A stretch of 64,000 nucleotides of DNA from Rhodothermales bacterium (GTDB lineage Bacteria > Bacteroidota > Rhodothermia > Rhodothermales > Bin80): assembly GCA_963663495.1 (NCBI GenBank), contig OY760427.1, forward strand, positions 273,130-337,129, given 5' to 3'. This document shows, piece after piece, positions 61,901 to 64,000 of this stretch. A model generated the notes under the pieces. The model searched no databases and was not told where the DNA came from. It was given only the letters and a program-made list of their open reading frames with translations. The first letter of the stretch is position 1, and every line of letters starts with the position of its first letter. A program made the position numbers and the translations under genes.

Positions 61901-64000
61901 CTACCAGACCGCTGACGTAACGCGTATCGTAGCCAGAGAACACACGGGAATCCTAACCCGCCAGGCCCGGGAGGAACTGGAGAAACGGTTCATGGGCGGG
62001 AAGGCGGAATGGGACCCCAACATCATTTCGTGCACGCCGACACTAGAGCTGGGAATAGATATTGGCGACTTATCCTCCCTCATCCTGTGCTTCGTCCCTC
62101 CAACCTCGTCCAATTATTTTCAGCGTACCGGCCGCGCCGGCAGACGCGATGGCAATGCGGTCACGTATACCCTCGCCAACGCTCGCCCGCATGACCTGTA
62201 CTTCTTCGAAGACCCCCAGGAAATGATCGCAGGCGGCGTGGTGCCACCCGGGACATTCCTGGATGCGCCCGCCGTGCTGGAACGGCAACTTGCCGCATAC
62301 TCAATGGATCGCTGGGTGGGAACCGGTATCGAAGCCAAGGCAGTCCCCGCGCGGCTCAAGAACATCCTGCGTAAGAGTGCCTTCCCCGACAATTGGGTTG
62401 CGTATGTGAGGCTTCACAGGCAATCCATTCTGGACGGCTTCCTCGCCTTGTTCCAAGACGACTTATCGGAGGAATCTCGCGATCATCTGACGGAATTCCT
62501 TACAGAAAAAGGACTCCCTCACAGGCTTCAGACTGCTCTTGAGCGAGTGAAGGCAGAAATCAGCGCGCTGATAAAACGGAGAGCGGCAGTCAGGCGAAGA
62601 AGAAAGCATATCGATTCAAAACCCAAGGACTTGAACTATGACAGGGAAACATTCGACCTCAACGAGGAGAAGCATTGCATCGGAAGCCGAATACGAGACA
62701 TTAAGAACACGTACGTGCACAATTTTCTCACCAACGAAGGGCTGCTGCCGAACTACGCCTTCCCGGAAGCAGGTGTCACCCTCCAGTCAGAAGTATACAG
62801 TCGCAGCAAGGATAAGAACTCAAAGATTAATCCTTATCAGCACCCCGCAGCCGCAGCAATAAAGGAGCTGGCACCCGGGAACTTCTTCTATACCGAGGGC
62901 CGCAAGATTGAGATCAGTCGACTGGACTTGAACTCTTCGGAGCACGAACCCTGGCGCTTCTGCGACCAGTGCGCCTACGCGGAACAGGCCGCAGTCACTG
63001 ATAGCACCTCGTGCCCCAAGTGCAATAGTCCGGGATGGTCAGACGTGGGGCAGCAGGTTTCAATGCGCAAGCTGCAACAAGTATGCTCCACCTCAGATGA
63101 TCGCCAAAGCCGTTCTTTTGATGAGACTGAGCTGCGCCGTAAGAGCTTCTACGTTGATCGAATGCTTGTAAGCTTCGAACCAAGGGAGGTCCTAAAGGCT
63201 TTTGGCCTTGAAGATGAAGTCGTGCCGTTCGGCTGCGAATACATCTCCAGCGCGACCTTCCGCCACATAAACTTTGGCATGCCCCAAGGTGCGGAGCAGT
63301 CTCTTATCATTGCCGGACACGAGGTCAACGGCTCCGGGTTCCTATACTGCCCGACCTGCGGGGCCACGAAGAATCGAAAAGGATCCATACTCCACACGTA
63401 TTCCTGTACGAACCGGGTTTCGAATGCTAAACCGTTGTCCTCCACCTACCTCTACCGCGAGCTGCAGACCGAGACCATCCGCATGCTCCTTCCCTTTACA
63501 TCGGAGGGCGGCAGCGGGAAAGAACTGGCCTCTTTCGTGGCTGGCCTCCAGTTAGGCATCCGAAAATACTTCGGCGGAGCAGTCGATCACCTAAAGGTTA
63601 CGGAACAGGACGAGCCCATTGAGGGCATATCGTTGCGCCGTCACTATGTGTTTCTTTACGACACGGTGCCGGGAGGAACAGGCTACCTAAAGGATCTCAT
63701 GAAGGCCCCCAGGGCCTTCATTGAAATCTTGAAGCGGGCATCACAGGCCATGGTGGGGTGCCGATGCACCGTACCCAGGGAAGAAGCAGGCCTTAACGGA
63801 GATCTTGTTGACACCGGGTCGGATGACAGTGAACACGTCCAGGTGGGCAGCGAGAGAGATGGCTGCTACAGGTGCCTTCTCGCCTACCGCAACAGCTGGA
63901 GCCACCAGCGTATCTCGCGCGAAACCGCTCTCTCCCTGTTCTCCAAAATCATTGATCGCGAGCATAGCCTGCGAAAAATCAGGGGATTGGATGAGGTTAA
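58998..64000 (+). CDS. DEAD/DEAH-box helicase with zinc fingers and DUF1998 (DrmA+DrmB-like fusion), 3' end outside window
   Basis: Not in the ORF track. Hand-checked in-frame motifs: MIPSVLA start, ATGTGSGKTE, IYPMNALATDQ, VDELH, TPTLELGIDIG, QRTGRAGR, LYDTVPGGTGY and DGCYRC. Confidence 0.9.
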   Translation, partial: MIPSVLAAETKKALGDYLRTTFLCTTPTFKDTLNQLLASDRLFKGPFLTLHLPFVMGTRTTDWFPAIPFPFRPYKHQELAFERLTGDTPQPTIIATGTGSGKTEAFLLPILEHCRKHAGQKGIKAILIYPMNALATDQSRRIARLIHKTNSLKGKVRAGLFIGSRDKEPQGIMSEDSIITSRDMMRHHPPDILLTNYKMLDLLMVRARDASIWSGNRPGTLRFLVVDELHTFDGAQGTDLACLLRRLKARLQAPDVCPIGTSATLGVSDEATDDLHTYARSIFDREFGPGSIIREQRVTAGQFLQDELIGSTDVPADLAPGGHLDPDQYTSPSAFVAAQFAQWFPNEAKPTTDRVMEPQWRSQLGQHLMKHLAFRNLLTILKGKTLSVEEVARRLAATSRETADAQEDDKTRVLDSLLALTSVARRPDRDGSEPLVDIRLDVWIREMRRMVASVGPEADLTWADDVVDQRDEDSTTHLPMVLCRNCGTAAWGGLKRQNDHKIHADTHRFYNTYFNGLPDLCLLFPGPQESWADHKRGKVQYLCSLCLSLHRKQRSCSCGNEDDLICVYVPDLIQTTNGRAKARPECPTCDSRYGISIVGAQASSVSAVIASQMFASQYNGDKKLLAFSDSVQDASHRAGFFQGRTFQFTVRSALAQYLNRSANRTPTLEATADGFRQSLRGTYPDEAFVGTFIAPDLLAHHDYDSLEEDGQLSPGSELPGLVADRLHWEVYKAFGHWARIGRSLEKVLVAAAAPCPALLRKAREAILEPLRNETGGLSSLTERAVDQFLAGFLYHLRVGGGIYHPALKGYIQSMGDARRMSSPKVAYMPRAGRRTPAFATDGKSERFRRLLRGKQRTWLGAWATKSLAGDCTVTALGHAEMQFIVNQLVDERMLECHDVKGKHVWSIPGNALLVSTDVYRYHCITCGHEITSVHWERTLWDNAPCMAFTCSGAYERAKVHTTDYYKGFYQTADVTRIVAREHTGILTRQAREELEKRFMGGKAEWDPNIISCTPTLELGIDIGDLSSLILCFVPPTSSNYFQRTGRAGRRDGNAVTYTLANARPHDLYFFEDPQEMIAGGVVPPGTFLDAPAVLERQLAAYSMDRWVGTGIEAKAVPARLKNILRKSAFPDNWVAYVRLHRQSILDGFLALFQDDLSEESRDHLTEFLTEKGLPHRLQTALERVKAEISALIKRRAAVRRRRKHIDSKPKDLNYDRETFDLNEEKHCIGSRIRDIKNTYVHNFLTNEGLLPNYAFPEAGVTLQSEVYSRSKDKNSKINPYQHPAAAAIKELAPGNFFYTEGRKIEISRLDLNSSEHEPWRFCDQCAYAEQAAVTDSTSCPKCNSPGWSDVGQQVSMRKLQQVCSTSDDRQSRSFDETELRRKSFYVDRMLVSFEPREVLKAFGLEDEVVPFGCEYISSATFRHINFGMPQGAEQSLIIAGHEVNGSGFLYCPTCGATKNRKGSILHTYSCTNRVSNAKPLSSTYLYRELQTETIRMLLPFTSEGGSGKELASFVAGLQLGIRKYFGGAVDHLKVTEQDEPIEGISLRRHYVFLYDTVPGGTGYLKDLMKAPRAFIEILKRASQAMVGCRCTVPREEAGLNGDLVDTGSDDSEHVQVGSERDGCYRCLLAYRNSWSHQRISRETALSLFSKIIDREHSLRKIRGLDEV

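Noticed and set aside
59045-63965. Many short ORFs on both strands in the last 5 kb
   Set aside because: All are shadows of the single long plus-strand helicase frame starting at 58998.

Overview
Accessory-rich window, probably from a diderm Bacteroidota/Rhodothermota-type bacterium (SusC-like TonB receptor N-terminus, a T9SS C-terminal sorting domain). Its Calx-beta and plant-like LRR giant proteins are typical of sponge symbionts; both taxon and habitat are inferences. From left to right it contains: (1) a TonB-dependent receptor and a 2.4k-aa Calx-beta/autotransporter-like adhesin; (2) a nested group II intron structure (RT-encoding outer intron with an ORF-less inner intron in domain I) inside an IS66 remnant; (3) a ~17-kb graveyard of nested IS66, IS1380, IS1595, IS256 and ISNCY-like elements mixed with broken restriction-modification genes; (4) an RNA-guided-nuclease-type TnpB with an intact RuvC triad, bounded by IS1595-like terminal inverted repeats, with a second truncated copy at 50 kb; (5) a complete nine-gene coproporphyrin-dependent-type heme operon; (6) two secreted LRR proteins (3050 aa with an M66-like peptidase, and ~593 aa with a T9SS domain) bracketed by inverted IS66-derived miniature elements; (7) a DISARM-like defence locus (SNF2 helicase, type IIG-like N6-MTase, and a >1660-aa DEAD-box/DUF1998 helicase that the ORF track missed because it runs off the window). 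No rRNA, tRNA or CRISPR array was seen. All assignments come from reading motifs by eye; no database searches were run.
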